A DNA stretch of 64,000 nucleotides from positions 8,494,001-8,558,000 of the forward strand of contig OU015569.1 of the NCBI GenBank assembly GCA_907165135.1, in the 5' to 3' direction. The DNA comes from Oikopleura dioica (taxonomy: Eukaryota > Animalia > Chordata). Below are positions 13,001 to 24,287 of this stretch, piece by piece. The translations under genes were made by a program, and so were the position numbers. The notes under the pieces were generated by a model, which was given only the letters and a program-made list of their open reading frames with translations, had not been told where the DNA came from and made no database searches. Positions within the stretch are counted from its first letter, which is position 1. Each line of letters starts with the position of its first letter.

Positions 13001-15046
13001 CTAAAGCGCTTCTAGCCGCCGTCTTCGTAGTTCGTTTGCATTTTCTGGCTCGTCCTCTTCGCTATTTTCCACGTCTCCCTCTAGTTGGGGTTCTTCTTCC
13101 TCAGATGAATCAGTTCCATCCTTCGTAGCACTAGGGATAGTCTCAACCCTCTCACTCTCTTTGGATTGAGAAGATGGGATATTTGTGGCAGGGTTTGCTG
13201 GCCCGTCGAAATACTGATCCATTTTGAAAACGGCGGCGTCGAGCAGGAGTCGGATTTCCCTGAAATTTTGAATTGATAAAAGAAAAAATGACTTTCTCTT
13301 ACCTGAGATGCTTTACTCGAGCTTCCACGCCGGCCCGTTCGACCGATTCCATTAGACGAAGTTCGTCTTCGGTTAATTTTTCGAAGTTTGTTGGAGGGAA
13401 TGGCGGTGGTGGAGGTCGCGGATGACGCTCCAGATTATTGATTAGATTTTGAACTTGAAGTACATCGTTGCTATTATTTAAATATCCGAGAGCCGCGTCT
13501 CCGAAGATGAGCGGTGCCACAGGATTCCTTCTTGTACTTGAAGTGTTTCTCTGACTAGCGTTTTCTTCATTTTGGCTCGCTCTGGGCGCTCTTTCGTTTT
13601 GTTGAGCAGCACCACGTCTCCCTTCAGCAGCGTTTTGAGCATTTCCTAGGAGGTTATTCTGCAGCTCTTCTAAGGCAGCTAGAAGCACTTTCTTGAAAAT
13701 ACGAATGTAGTTCGATTGTTACCTCGTTGTCTAGCTAATTGGTCGGGCTCACGAGCTTCTCTCGCGGCAGGCGTTCTAGCCCTCAACACGTCAAGTCGAC
13801 AAGTAGGGCAAGTTTGCTGACGCTGAAACCATGAACGAAGACAAGCTGCGTGAAATATGTGACCACAGGGAAGTTTCTTCGAACTTAAAGACCTTTTACC
13901 GGCGATTATTTATATGGGCACGCTACCTTGTGCCAGCCACCATTTCTTCTCGGCAAATAATACATGTGCTATCATTTGCCAGCTCTTCCTCTGTAGCATT
14001 CGCATAGAGATGAAGTTGATTGATTGCACGGCGTGAAAGAACAATGTCTGACAGTGCTTTTCGGAAAGTGCGAATCGCCAGATACATAGGTCGAAGGGCG
14101 AAGATTGGGAGTGTGTGGATCTTCATTCAAAGTTTGTCAATTTTGTCAAGCTCTACCCGCTTACCTTGAACATGATACAGATGAAAGTCGCGTACAAAAG
14201 AAGGCGGGAGAAACTGACAATCAAGTCCAAATATAGCATGTACCTGGCAAAGGACAAATAATGTGTTCTTAGATATTATAGTTGACTTACATTGACTTAT
14301 TTTCCCAGGGATCCTCGCTGCGTAAGTCGATCGAATGAAGAATGAATTTGAAAAAGGCAGAGAAAGCGATGGTAAGAAGGATGGCGTATTCAAAGCCGAA
14401 AACGAGTTGGACGGTAGCACCTTTTGTCATGGTTCGTTCATAAGCATACCAAACTCCAAAGCTAGAAATAAGCTCGGAACGGTTTTTATTCGAAGACGAA
14501 TTACCTGTCAGCGAGAGAGAGAATAGCAAGAAGAGATGTGATTCTTATTTTAAAGAGCCATGTTATCACTGGAGATCGCTCCATGTAGTCTACTCGATCC
14601 TTGATTTATTATATAAGAGAGAGAAGAAGTTAATTCTTTACCTCGCAGAGCCAGTGGAGACCTTTTAGCAAGAAGAAAATCGTGAAAGCAGCGACGAAAC
14701 CAGGAGAAAGGTCGTCACGGAACATTGTGAATGCAAGGCACGTATCAATGATCGCGTACCATGTGCGTTCCATCAAGTTCTCCGCTTCGGCAGGTCTTAG
14801 AGTTCCGAAAAACACCTGAATCAAACGTAAGTTCGATCATTTGATGCATTGATTCACCTTTCCGACGAGTTTGGCGAAAAGAAAAACAAGAACGAATGCT
14901 TGTATGTAAAGAATGAGCATGGACTGATTGCTGCGGGTAAGGTGGACAACTGTTGGATAAAATTGCTTCTTCTGCATCCACGCATTAGTAACGACCGCGG
15001 TCGTCATTGCCAAGGAGCCAAGGACGGCAATACCAGTTCTCAGCAT
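13001..15046 (-). CDS. SYVN1: ERAD E3 ubiquitin ligase HRD1/synoviolin
   Basis: [61 protein letters not shown], and RING-H2 CIICREEM...[28 protein letters not shown]. Confidence 0.97.
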
Positions 15047-15217
15047 TTTTCTCGATTTCTCTTCTATTTCAACGTCAAGGTCGTATCTAAAAAAGAAAAA
15101 GGATTCAATCAAATAGCTACGAAAGTGACATTAATTGTATAAAAATATAACAGCTAGACAGTAAGAAACTAGAGTTGATAATCTGAAGAAATGAATATTG
15201 CGAGAGTTCACTGAACT

Positions 15218-16174
15218 TCACTCTTTGAGGTAATCGTCTTCGTTGTCGGGCACTTTCGCGCGGAGCTCCTTGATCTGGACGTTCTTCTTGTCCAGCAAGA
15301 CTTTCATGTTTTTGTAGACTGATGTTTCTCTAAATTTCGCGTCGAGTTCTTTTTCTTTGGCGAGTAAATCTGAATTGTTTGATTTGATTATTTTGTATTT
15401 TGAATTGTCTGGGTGCACTAACCATTCTTTACGACCAACAGCTCGTTTTTCATTTTCTCCAAGTCACCGCTATCTGCGTTTTTCACCGAATTCAGCGAGC
15501 TCTGCGCTGCAAAAAGGTAAAAATTAATTGGGATCCGGTGGTCGTACCTTTCGTCTTCTCGGAAATAGTGGAAGAGAGACGCTCTTCTAAATTTGCGTTT
15601 TTCTCTTTGAGATTTTGATTCTCGAGGCTCATTCTGTCGATCTCTTTTGCAGCAGCTCGATGGGCCCGTCGCCCTGGATTGGGGTCAACTTCGATGGAGA
15701 GCTGAAAGAGAGTATTATGGTTGGAAGCGAGGACGAAAGACGTACGTTTTTGTTCCACTCTCGTTTTGCTCGAACTCGCGGATGAGACTCAGTAGCTCCA
15801 GGTTTTCGACCTGTTTTACATCGCAGGAGAGTTTGAGTTTCCATTTGTCGGCTTGCTGCATGACCTGGCGCAGCAGGAGTGCGGAGACATCGCATGAGTT
15901 GATTAACTCTGATTCTACTTCGTCGACGATGCTTCGCTGCAGTTCGTTGACCAGGTCTCGCACCTAGACAATAAAATATTCTAGAAGCAAATAAATCCCA
16001 AAAACTCACCTCGTCCTGGGTGAAAGTGTCTTCTTCCATCACTCGTGTATCCACAAAATCTTGAAAAGCGAGCTCGATTCCGATAACCTTCTCTTTCCGC
16101 TTGTATCTCGAGTAACGGAGGAGCTCGAGAATTTGATACTTATGATGCTCAGTTAGCCCAAGGGAATTCTCCAT
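15218..16174 (-). CDS. LZTFL1: Leucine zipper transcription factor-like 1 (BBS17); apparent 1-nt frameshift at 15645-15648
   Basis: LGLTEHH, EDTFTQDEV, EVESELIN, LLLRQ, ENLELL, KELDAKFRETSVYKNMK. The frame switches between ELLQK and EIDRM. Confidence 0.92.
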
Positions 16175-16290
16175 TTTTTCTCTAAAATTTTAAATTTAAA
16201 AATATATATTAATGTTATCGGGAATACAGTATGGTGGTTAAAATAAACGCGGTCAGTATTTCGGATCCCTCTTGAAAAGGCAACGAAAGC

Positions 16291-16298
16291 TGACGTCA
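16291..16298. promoter_or_regulatory. Perfect CRE/ATF palindrome TGACGTCA about 120 bp upstream of the first gene of the co-directional cluster
   Basis: Motif is directly visible upstream of the LZTFL1 ATG; function is inferred only. Confidence 0.3.
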
Positions 16299-16437
16299 CG
16301 CTCCAGGCACTGCTGCGTCATCGTAGAACCAAACTAACCTCGCTTCTCCGATTTAATATTCTGACTATGCGTAAAGTCTCGAAAAAATATATTTATTGAA
16401 TATGAGATATATCTTTTCGGGTTGACTTCGTTAATAG

Positions 16438-16638
16438 ATCATATGATTTTGTATCGAACGTTTTCGTTTATTGGATAAACTTCATCAGGATATTTTATGT
16501 TGAGAGAGCAGTGTGAAATTGCTAACAGTTAGCTTACAGTTAGCTAACAGTTAGCAATTTCACACTGCTCTCTCAACATAAAATATCCTGATGAAGTTTA
16601 TCCAATAAACGAAAACGTTCGATACAAAATCATATGAT
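16438..16638. repeat. 201-bp near-perfect palindrome (foldback/MITE-like)
   Basis: Two 89-bp perfect inverted arms (16438-16526 and 16550-16638) around a core of 3 x GCTAACAGTTA. Both ends are the self-complementary ATCATATGAT. Confidence 0.9.
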
Positions 16639-17063
16639 GAATATGAGATATTAAGAATATTGTTTCTTTTAGTTTTTCAAATCATTTACAATCAAAAAAA
16701 AATATAACTCTTTTGTGAAAACGGTTTATATTATTTTTGGCTGAGTTTAAATGAAATAAAAAATCGCAGAATTTTCTTCTTTGGTGATTAAATCATACAA
16801 AGATCTTTGATAAAAATCTTCCCGAGTTCTTCGTCGTCGTTTGAGGAGTTCTGATTGAGAACTTCTGAGGCTTCTGAGCATAAAGATTTGTGGGATCAGC
16901 GAACTGCGTACAATAAATAACACTCTAGTTACTTTGAGCTGGGACTTTATTGTTAAGTACAAATATGGAAATGGTGAATGCACGGAAGTTACATAATAAA
17001 GTGGTGATCGAATAAGTACAGTCTGTCGAGTCCCACAGATTTTAAGATATGAATCATATCATA

Positions 17064-17204
17064 CCGCGGTTGGCATTTCTGACTGACTAATTTTATTTTT
17101 CTAGATAGGTTACAAGGGCCTAGTTAGCACAAACGCCCTATGTTTTAGCGCTGCGAAATGTGCTAATGAAATGTGCTTTAGTCAGTCAGAAATGCCAACC
17201 GCGG
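17064..17204. mobile_element. 141-bp MITE, Tc1/mariner-like
   Basis: 27-bp perfect TIR CCGCGGTTGGCATTTCTGACTGACTAA, flanked by TA on both sides. Confidence 0.8.
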
Positions 17205-17999
17205 TATAATTGTAGAGGGATGAAGAGATTCTTTCCCTTTTAGCGCGTTCCGAGGAGCTATTGGTTCGAAGCGAATGAAAAGGGAAAAGAGGCCTCTGAC
17301 GTACGATTCTTCTTCCTTCAGGCATTCTGTCAAAAAGTTTGGAAAAGAAGGGGGTGTCCAAGTTCGAAGCGACTCTGAATGGTGCGTCAACGCTTTGACC
17401 CAGAGTTTGTAAAATAGAACACTTCAATGTGCTTCAGAATAAAGTGCACTTTTTGCGGCGCACGTGAAGTAGGAATTCCGAGCCATTTTTTAATACAACT
17501 AAGCTTCAAAATGAAGCACTAACTGCATATTTTTAAAGCGCAGGGGGAAGTGTGTTATTTTATCGACTCTGGTTTGACCGGTATATACAACCCTCGAGAA
17601 CATCACGGCCTTTTCAAACAAATCAAAGAAGAGGAAAGAAAACTTTGCTGTGTTGAATATGTTTACGTGCGACGGAACCGTGAATTTGGAAATCAAAAAG
17701 TAAATCAACTTGGTAATCGACCAATTTTCAATTCTATTTATATCCTGTTTAGCCCAGGATGCTGCCAAACAACATCGAAATATGAACAACTAGAAGTCTT
17801 CTCCATAAGCAACAGAACTCTATTGTTAGCTCCTTTCTTTCACATCTTATTTCGACATGAAAATTCTTCACTGCACTAGTTATCTTTTCCTATTTCTCCT
17901 TGATTTCAAATTGACAATAAATTTCAAATTCGAGCTTGATGATTTATTAGAGACGGTCGCGACTAATTGTGAGTGAACTTTTAAAACAGAAGAAATGGA

Positions 18000-18600
18000 C
18001 TAGTAGCCACTAGGACCGCCGTTTTCGTGTCCGTACTTGATGAGACGTTCCCGTTCGGCCATTTTATCCAGCTGGAAGGCCATTTGCGCAATGACAAGGT
18101 TCATGCAGCAGAAAGCAGCGCAGAAGTCCTTGCACCAGTGTCCTTTGTACCCGTAGGTTGTGCGGAACTCGTTGCGAACGAGGTAGACCATACACTGATT
18201 GCAGCAGTTTGGCATTGCGCAGCAGCCACAAGAAACTGCCCCCGCCGCAAAAGCTGAGAAAGGCGTGTATCCTTAGTTAGGACTGTTAAAAACTAATTAA
18301 GTTCTTCTGCAAACCTATTCGTGTGAGGATATCAGCGATACCCAGGGACGGGCAACAACAGGCAATACAGAAATCTGTTGGTCGATTGCCGCAAGTCCAG
18401 CAAGGACCAGTGCCGAGAACACCCTTGTCCCACTCTCGCTTGCCTAAATATTATAATATCTACTAGTATTCCGGAAGAAATCGCTCACCATGAATGTGAT
18501 TGTGGATTTGCTTCCCAGTGTTAATCTGCATGACTAGTGGAGTCACTTGAGGTTGTTGAAGCACGGTTCCAGGTGAAGGTTGAACTGGAGTAGAGTTCAT
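18000..18600 (-). CDS. PLAC8/cornifelin family cysteine-rich protein
   Basis: Three exons: QQPQ-rich N-terminus, REWDKG, FCIACCCP, VRNEFRTTYGYKGHWCKDFCAAFCC...IAQM. Confidence 0.85.
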
Positions 18601-19322
18601 ATCCGTAAAAATTTGGAGTCGTGGAAGTGAGAAAATTCAAATTTGTGCTATCTCTACTCGGTGAAATGACACGTCTGAAAACGCTCTCCGATTTTAATCT
18701 AGGTTCTGTTTTTTCGAATTCGCTTGCCTGAGGTGACTCCGCCCGAGATCCAAGGAATGATACTGATGACGAAGAACTCTTCTTTGATTTCTGCGTCTTT
18801 GATCATAGGAAGTACGAAAAAAGTGTCTTTGTATAACGTACCCCACCCCCTAGCTCGCTCGCATTTTGTGAACATTTTTCCCTTACTCGCTAAGTTAAAC
18901 TCCAACAAGATCCCCCTTGGTCGCTCGCTTTTTGTTACCATGTACCGTTGGTCGCTTTCCTTCTTTTGCATTCTACGCCCCCTTGTTCGCTCTCCTTGGT
19001 TTCGACGGCGCACCTTTGCTCGCCCGCCTCTCTCCGTCATTTATCCGTTGTTCGCTCTTGAAGCCCCGCGAGAACGCTTTATAACGCGTAGCTCATTTTT
19101 GTTTTCATTTTTAAAAGGCATTTTAACTTTGATTTTCATGATTTTTTCCAAGCAAACTTATCTTTTATTTTTTTATGCTCTCTTACGTCCATTTTGTCAA
19201 ATTTTCATATCTTCTTCATAAGAAGAAAATTTGGACACTCCATTTCGAGTAAACATAAGTACTCGAAATACTTGGATTGAAACTTTGAGACTGTTTTTAT
19301 TAAAAATCTCATGCCTAGGTTT

Positions 19323-19728
19323 CAGTGGATTGAGCGGTTAGTGTATCCCTATTTTTCACCTTTAACCTTACCCCGCCAAATCGTCATTTTATCCTTACCC
19401 GCCAAAAACACCTCAGGAGGTGCATCGGCCCTTCAAAGGGGTTATCAATTGATATAATTTATATCATACAAATATGACATAAAATCACATATTGATACAG
19501 AAATATATTTATTACATTTTCGACCTCTGTGTCTTAGGAGGTGTACCCTGGCGGGGTAAGGTTAAAATTCATATCTTTCGAGTCAGGTGAGATTATTTGT
19601 TTTTGAAACAAGAAATGAAATTCTCACGTCGTCATTTTGTATAAGGGACAAATACTGTTCAAAGAAATTCCAGAAATCCACTCTAATTTTTGAAAACTGC
19701 AGGGGTACACTACCCGCTCAATCCACAG
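19323..19728. mobile_element. Tc1-like MITE nested in the 18834-20086 element
   Basis: 28-bp imperfect TIR CAGTGGATTGAGCGGTTAGTGTATCCCT vs reverse complement CTGTGGATTGAGCGGGTAGTGTACCCCT. The right flank is TA and the left flank is TT. Confidence 0.7.
19366..19561. mobile_element. 196-bp piggyBac-like MITE, the innermost nested element
   Basis: TTAA target-site duplication (19362-19365 and 19562-19565) and a perfect 13-bp TIR CCTTACCCCGCCA. Confidence 0.85.
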
Positions 19729-21080
19729 TACATAGAACGCTAGAGTGAAATAAAATAGATAAGTCGGGGAGATTTCCGCGGCGTTTAAAAAAATATTCAT
19801 GAAAATGAAAAATATAGTTCCCTTTGAAAAGCTTGAGTCGAAAGTACAGTAAGAGCTATAAGAGCGACCCAAGCCGAGCTAGGCTTTGGCGGTCTCGCGG
19901 CGAACAAGGGATAAATAGGTGAGGAGGAGCGAACAAGGGCGCGCGAGGTAAAAAGAAGGATGGCGACTAATGGAGCGCGCTGAAACAAGAATGAGAGCGA
20001 GCAAGGGGACTTTGATAAAATTTAACTAAGCGAGCAAGGGGAAAATGTTCACAAAATGTGAGCGAGCTAGGGGGTGGGGTACGTTATATTAGGTGTTACT
20101 GAAAAGCCGGGTAATTTATTCAAAAATCTAGCAAACATCTTGCTGATGCGATTTAATTAAAGGGTATCGAATTTGAATACCGGTATTCTGTAAACATTAT
20201 TGCCGCGATTATTCTACCACTTTAGTTGATACTTATAGCAAATTTATTGGCCATATAATATGGCTGACAATTGAATTAATAAATTAAAAGATATTTTTCT
20301 TTGCTTTTTATTAGTATTGGTAACCGTCAAAAAAAAAGAAAAATAAATATTATTTGGGAAGAAAGGCTTATTCTGAAAGAAGGAAACGATGTTTGTGAAG
20401 AGATGAACATGAAATAGAAAAGTGGAAGGGAACTCGAAGAAGTAGAAATAGCATGGGCGTAGGGATCTGGCGGCCTTAGAACTAGAATCGGGTTTGATGA
20501 ACTTTTGGAGATTGGACGATCACATAAGAGAAACGGAAATTGTAATTTCAGATGAGGTTAGATACAGTATTATGTTGTCTTTGTTGTTTTATGTTATCGT
20601 TTACAGGACTCACTGTGTTGGCAGGTTGTGGTGGAGAAGCGATTATGAACAGAACGGAACGGATATGCTGAGGAGAAGGGAGAAACAGCGAAGATAAATT
20701 TATAGATAATATGAATATCCGAAGGCGTTTGCCTCCAAAAAGGGGGCATTGAACTCTGTTGTGTCTTAATAAATAGATCCATAAAGTGCATGAATGTTGA
20801 AAAACACTTTTGGCAGGGACTTTATACAAAGGGTAAAACTTAGATAGCTGTTTGGTGCAAGGAGTTTTCTGCTCTAGAGGCGCTGTCTTGCTCATAAGTG
20901 GAAGTGAGCAATGCTGTTGTTATCAGTTAAGAGGATCCTACAACATTCAGCATTAAAGTCATGGTAGAAAAACTGTACAATGATCAGGCATAGCTTCTCC
21001 GACATTATCATTGCAACTCCTTTTGCCGTCAAAAATGATATGATAAGTAGAAAAGCTATATCCAAATCAACCGAATAAAC

Positions 21081-24000
21081 TTAGTCAGTAAAGGCTTGAC
21101 AGGCTTTTTTCCAGCGACACTGGGAGCACCATTTGTGTCTGTTCTCCACACCGTATATTTTGCGACATTTTTTTCCATCACCCGGACGCTTTGTAACGCC
21201 TCTATCGCCGATCCTCTGCGCGACGCCAGTGCTTCGGAATTGCGGCGGAGGAGCAATCGTCTCGGCACCGCGGCTAGGCAACGACATAGATGTCTGAGCA
21301 GAGCTTGTCGGGGAGGCGGGACCCGTCGAAAAGGCGAACTGGTTTGGAGAGAGGTGATACTGATTTACTTGTTGCTGGATGAACTGAAAACATGTTAACG
21401 ATACAGACACAGACAGATGATTTTTACCCTTGCTTGTGAGTCGATCGAAATTGATGGTACTGTATTTGGCGACCCAATGAGTAAACCAGACGCGGTAAAG
21501 ACGGGTGTCCCAACTGGAATCGGTACAGAATGAGCCTAAAATTGTTTTAAATTGTGAGTTCTGAAAAATCTACAATGGATCTACTGAAGAAATTCAACTT
21601 ACGGATAAGTTTCCTTTTGGAGAATTACTGGAGATCGGGGTGCCGGAAGGTGTGCCTGTGATCCGGAGACACTTAATAATAAAATTATTCAGGTATATTT
21701 GCCATTATTGTGTACCTTAATTCCACCGATGATTTGTGGAGAAGTTCCCCAACCGGAATGGCTCGGAACGATTGGCACCGATCGGGAAAATCCAGAAATT
21801 CCGGACATACTGTCGGTTACAGTTGGACTTCTGCCACCGCTGACATGCTGCTAAAACCACATGAGCATAGGATCGAGTTTATCTTATATTTTTTTGATAA
21901 GTTATCCGCAATGGTTACCTTCGGAGAGTGTGCCTGATCGATCTCCATATCGTCGCAGGCATTATCAATTTCAGCTAGAGGATCGTCGTCGATTCGCTCG
22001 ACATCGATGTCACTATCAATGTCACTATCATCCATGTGAGGATTCGCTGGAGCCTCATAGCTTGAGCTCGAGGCTGACAGCGAGCTCGACGGATTCTCAC
22101 AAATCACGGAATTACGGTCGCGCGAGAGCTGGGCTAGCTTTTTCTCCCGCTCATTGACTTCGTAGTTTCTCTCCCGCTCCATGTCTTCGAAATCAATAAT
22201 GTCGGTTCTAAAGCGACAGAGATACTCTCAAATTCGTAATATCTTCTCTTTACCTTAGACTCACGAGTGTGCGAGCAACGTCGAACTCGTCCTTTGATCT
22301 ATGCTCGGACGATGCTGTCGATGCAAAACTAGACGGGCGTCTGCGTGCTGCGTCTGACTGAGTTCGATTTCGAATGCCCATCTAAATGAAGTGTTATACT
22401 CTTGGAATATTTCTAATGACAAGTGTTATCAAAAAATGAGTGGGGAAATTTTCTTACGAATGAGTTATCAAGGCTCTGCCAACGCTCCCTGATCGGAATG
22501 CCATAAGACAATTTCCATGAGTCTTCCTCAAAGACCGGTGTCGTGCGCATCATAATGAAAGATTAAAACTTTTATTAATTCTCTTATGGAACCAGATCAA
22601 TTAATACTTCTGTAATGTTAAACTAGATATTCTATTATCATTTCCGTGCTTTTTATAAATGTGAGGAGTGGTGGCGCTTTCGGTATTAATCTGCTACATA
22701 AAGAGGGCGCCAGCAGTTTAAAATGTCCGATGAATTCTATGCCGCGATCGGAAGCTATAGTAGGTCTGTTAGACGGCACCTTTTCTATCATAAACACATT
22801 TAGGATCAATTTATTATTAAACTAGCTGAAGACATAGATGAGAACCCCAGTGTCTATCATTAGACTTTCGAAATCGCTTACCGTATCTTTCAGCAGCCTG
22901 ATCTGATCTCTTTCCACTGTGATTTGTCGACCTTCAATGGCGACAACGTAGGCTCCTGTATCAATTGTATTGCGGATAATTCCGATTATCTCCTGTCTAG
23001 AGATTTCTCCTTTGCTATATCGTTTGATAATGTTTTATCATTTAGCTATCTTAGTTCGAGCATAACTTCAGATTCAGCCCACTGTTATTCGCGATTAAAT
23101 AATTAATAATCATTAAAGGATTTAACTAGAGTAACGCAACTTTCCCTACATCCGTTTTTAGAAGTAATATCAAGAATCTACATTTGCTTCGTGAGTCTAA
23201 TGAATATAAGAAAGGCTTTAATTGAGAAAATCCTTTCCTTTTCATCAACCGTCAGAAAAACATTTTGATCTGGTTGAAGTCGTACATCCTTGACGTCGGT
23301 TAAATTCTAAAAAAAGTTAGTCGTCTCCCTTCTCGATGCGGAACTCTCGATTTTTTTCTCAATGTGGGCGCTTGTTTGTCACATGATTTCGCAAGTTCAT
23401 TTCTTGTTTATAAGTGTTGAGACACAATTTCGTTAAATTAGTCTGGAGAACGAACTTCTAAATGAGTAATCGGGTATTTTTGAGGTCTCGTCTCTTAGAA
23501 AACTTGGTGAAACACTGGCCGACCTTGGAACGCCATTAGTACAGGTGGCCAGACAAAAAAGACCTAGAGATCACCAAGAGAGGAAAGTTAAACGAGTGTT
23601 CATTCTTGAAAATTCCACATCACCAAAGATGGGCACTAGTATAGTTGTCTGCTGATACTCATTATTTGGCCTAAACAACCGTGGCATTTCTGACCCTTTA
23701 CTGAGCCTGGGAAATCTATGTTAAATTCGTGATTACAATTCTTACCTTCCCAACAAGCTGCGTCTTTTTGAAATACTGCTCGACCGATGTACCGTCGAAT
23801 CTCACCCTGAAAACAACGATAAGGACTTCTGAGAGAAAGTGTCCGTCTCACACACAGACTTATCGAGCTCTGACGCCAATTATTGTCTGTTATTGAGTTT
23901 GGCTTCTCTGGGAGGATCGTTCCTCTACGGAGTAACTTCAATCCACAGTCGCCAATTTTACTCGACAAACTTTTCAACCAAAACAATTTTGCTGACAGCG

Positions 24001-24287
24001 TTAAAAAAGTAAAGACACCACCATCAGCAAAATGTTCCCCAGTAGATTGTCTATTTTATCAATATTTGGCGAATAATGTGCGATATTTAATAATTCGAAT
24101 TTCTTAAAAAAATCCCATATATTCACCGACATTTGCCGGTAGAGGAATAATAATCAATTATTTCATACCTGATAAGTTCGCCATCGGCCTCGTCTGGCAC
24201 TATGCCTGTAATCGTGGCAGGATGAAAGATTCCATCGGAGGGTGCGGCGACGGCGCAACCGACGAAATCGGTGAGCTCCCTTCGCAT
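21081..24287 (-). CDS. ZNF395/ZNF704/SLC2A4RG-family C-clamp DNA-binding protein
   Basis: C-terminal C-clamp [34 protein letters not shown] is clear. A proposed first exon (24169-24287, [30 protein letters not shown]) resembles the invertebrate N-terminal domain and joins in phase 2 across a 1.79-kb intron (22382-24168). The 5' model is less certain. Confidence 0.75.

Larger units (their letters stand above)
18834..20086. mobile_element. About 1.25-kb non-autonomous DNA transposon with TA flanks and subterminal repeats; hosts two nested MITEs
   Basis: About 70-bp near-identical TIR TAACGTACCCCACCCCCTAGCTCGCTC... with more diverged inverted similarity further in. CCTTGYTCGCT-like motif repeated in mirror orientation at both ends. 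Confidence 0.85.

Noticed and set aside
16200-16300. RFX X-box upstream of ciliary genes (also checked near 38840-38875)
   Set aside because: Only half-sites (GGCAAC, TAGCAAC) are present; no full palindrome.
17178-17879. Short ORFs including VVYTGQTR, reminiscent of a GIY-YIG (Penelope) endonuclease
   Set aside because: Only a 5-6 residue resemblance; no GIY strand, RxxEH motif or adjacent reverse transcriptase.
18699-19221. 113-aa and 165-aa ORFs
   Set aside because: They run through the TIR and subterminal repeats of a non-autonomous element and have no transposase motifs.
22255-22381. Alternative start MGIRNRTQ...[12 protein letters not shown] for the C-clamp gene
   Set aside because: It joins the next exon only through an implausibly short intron or a weak GAG acceptor. 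The other frame fits canonical sites and the upstream exon.
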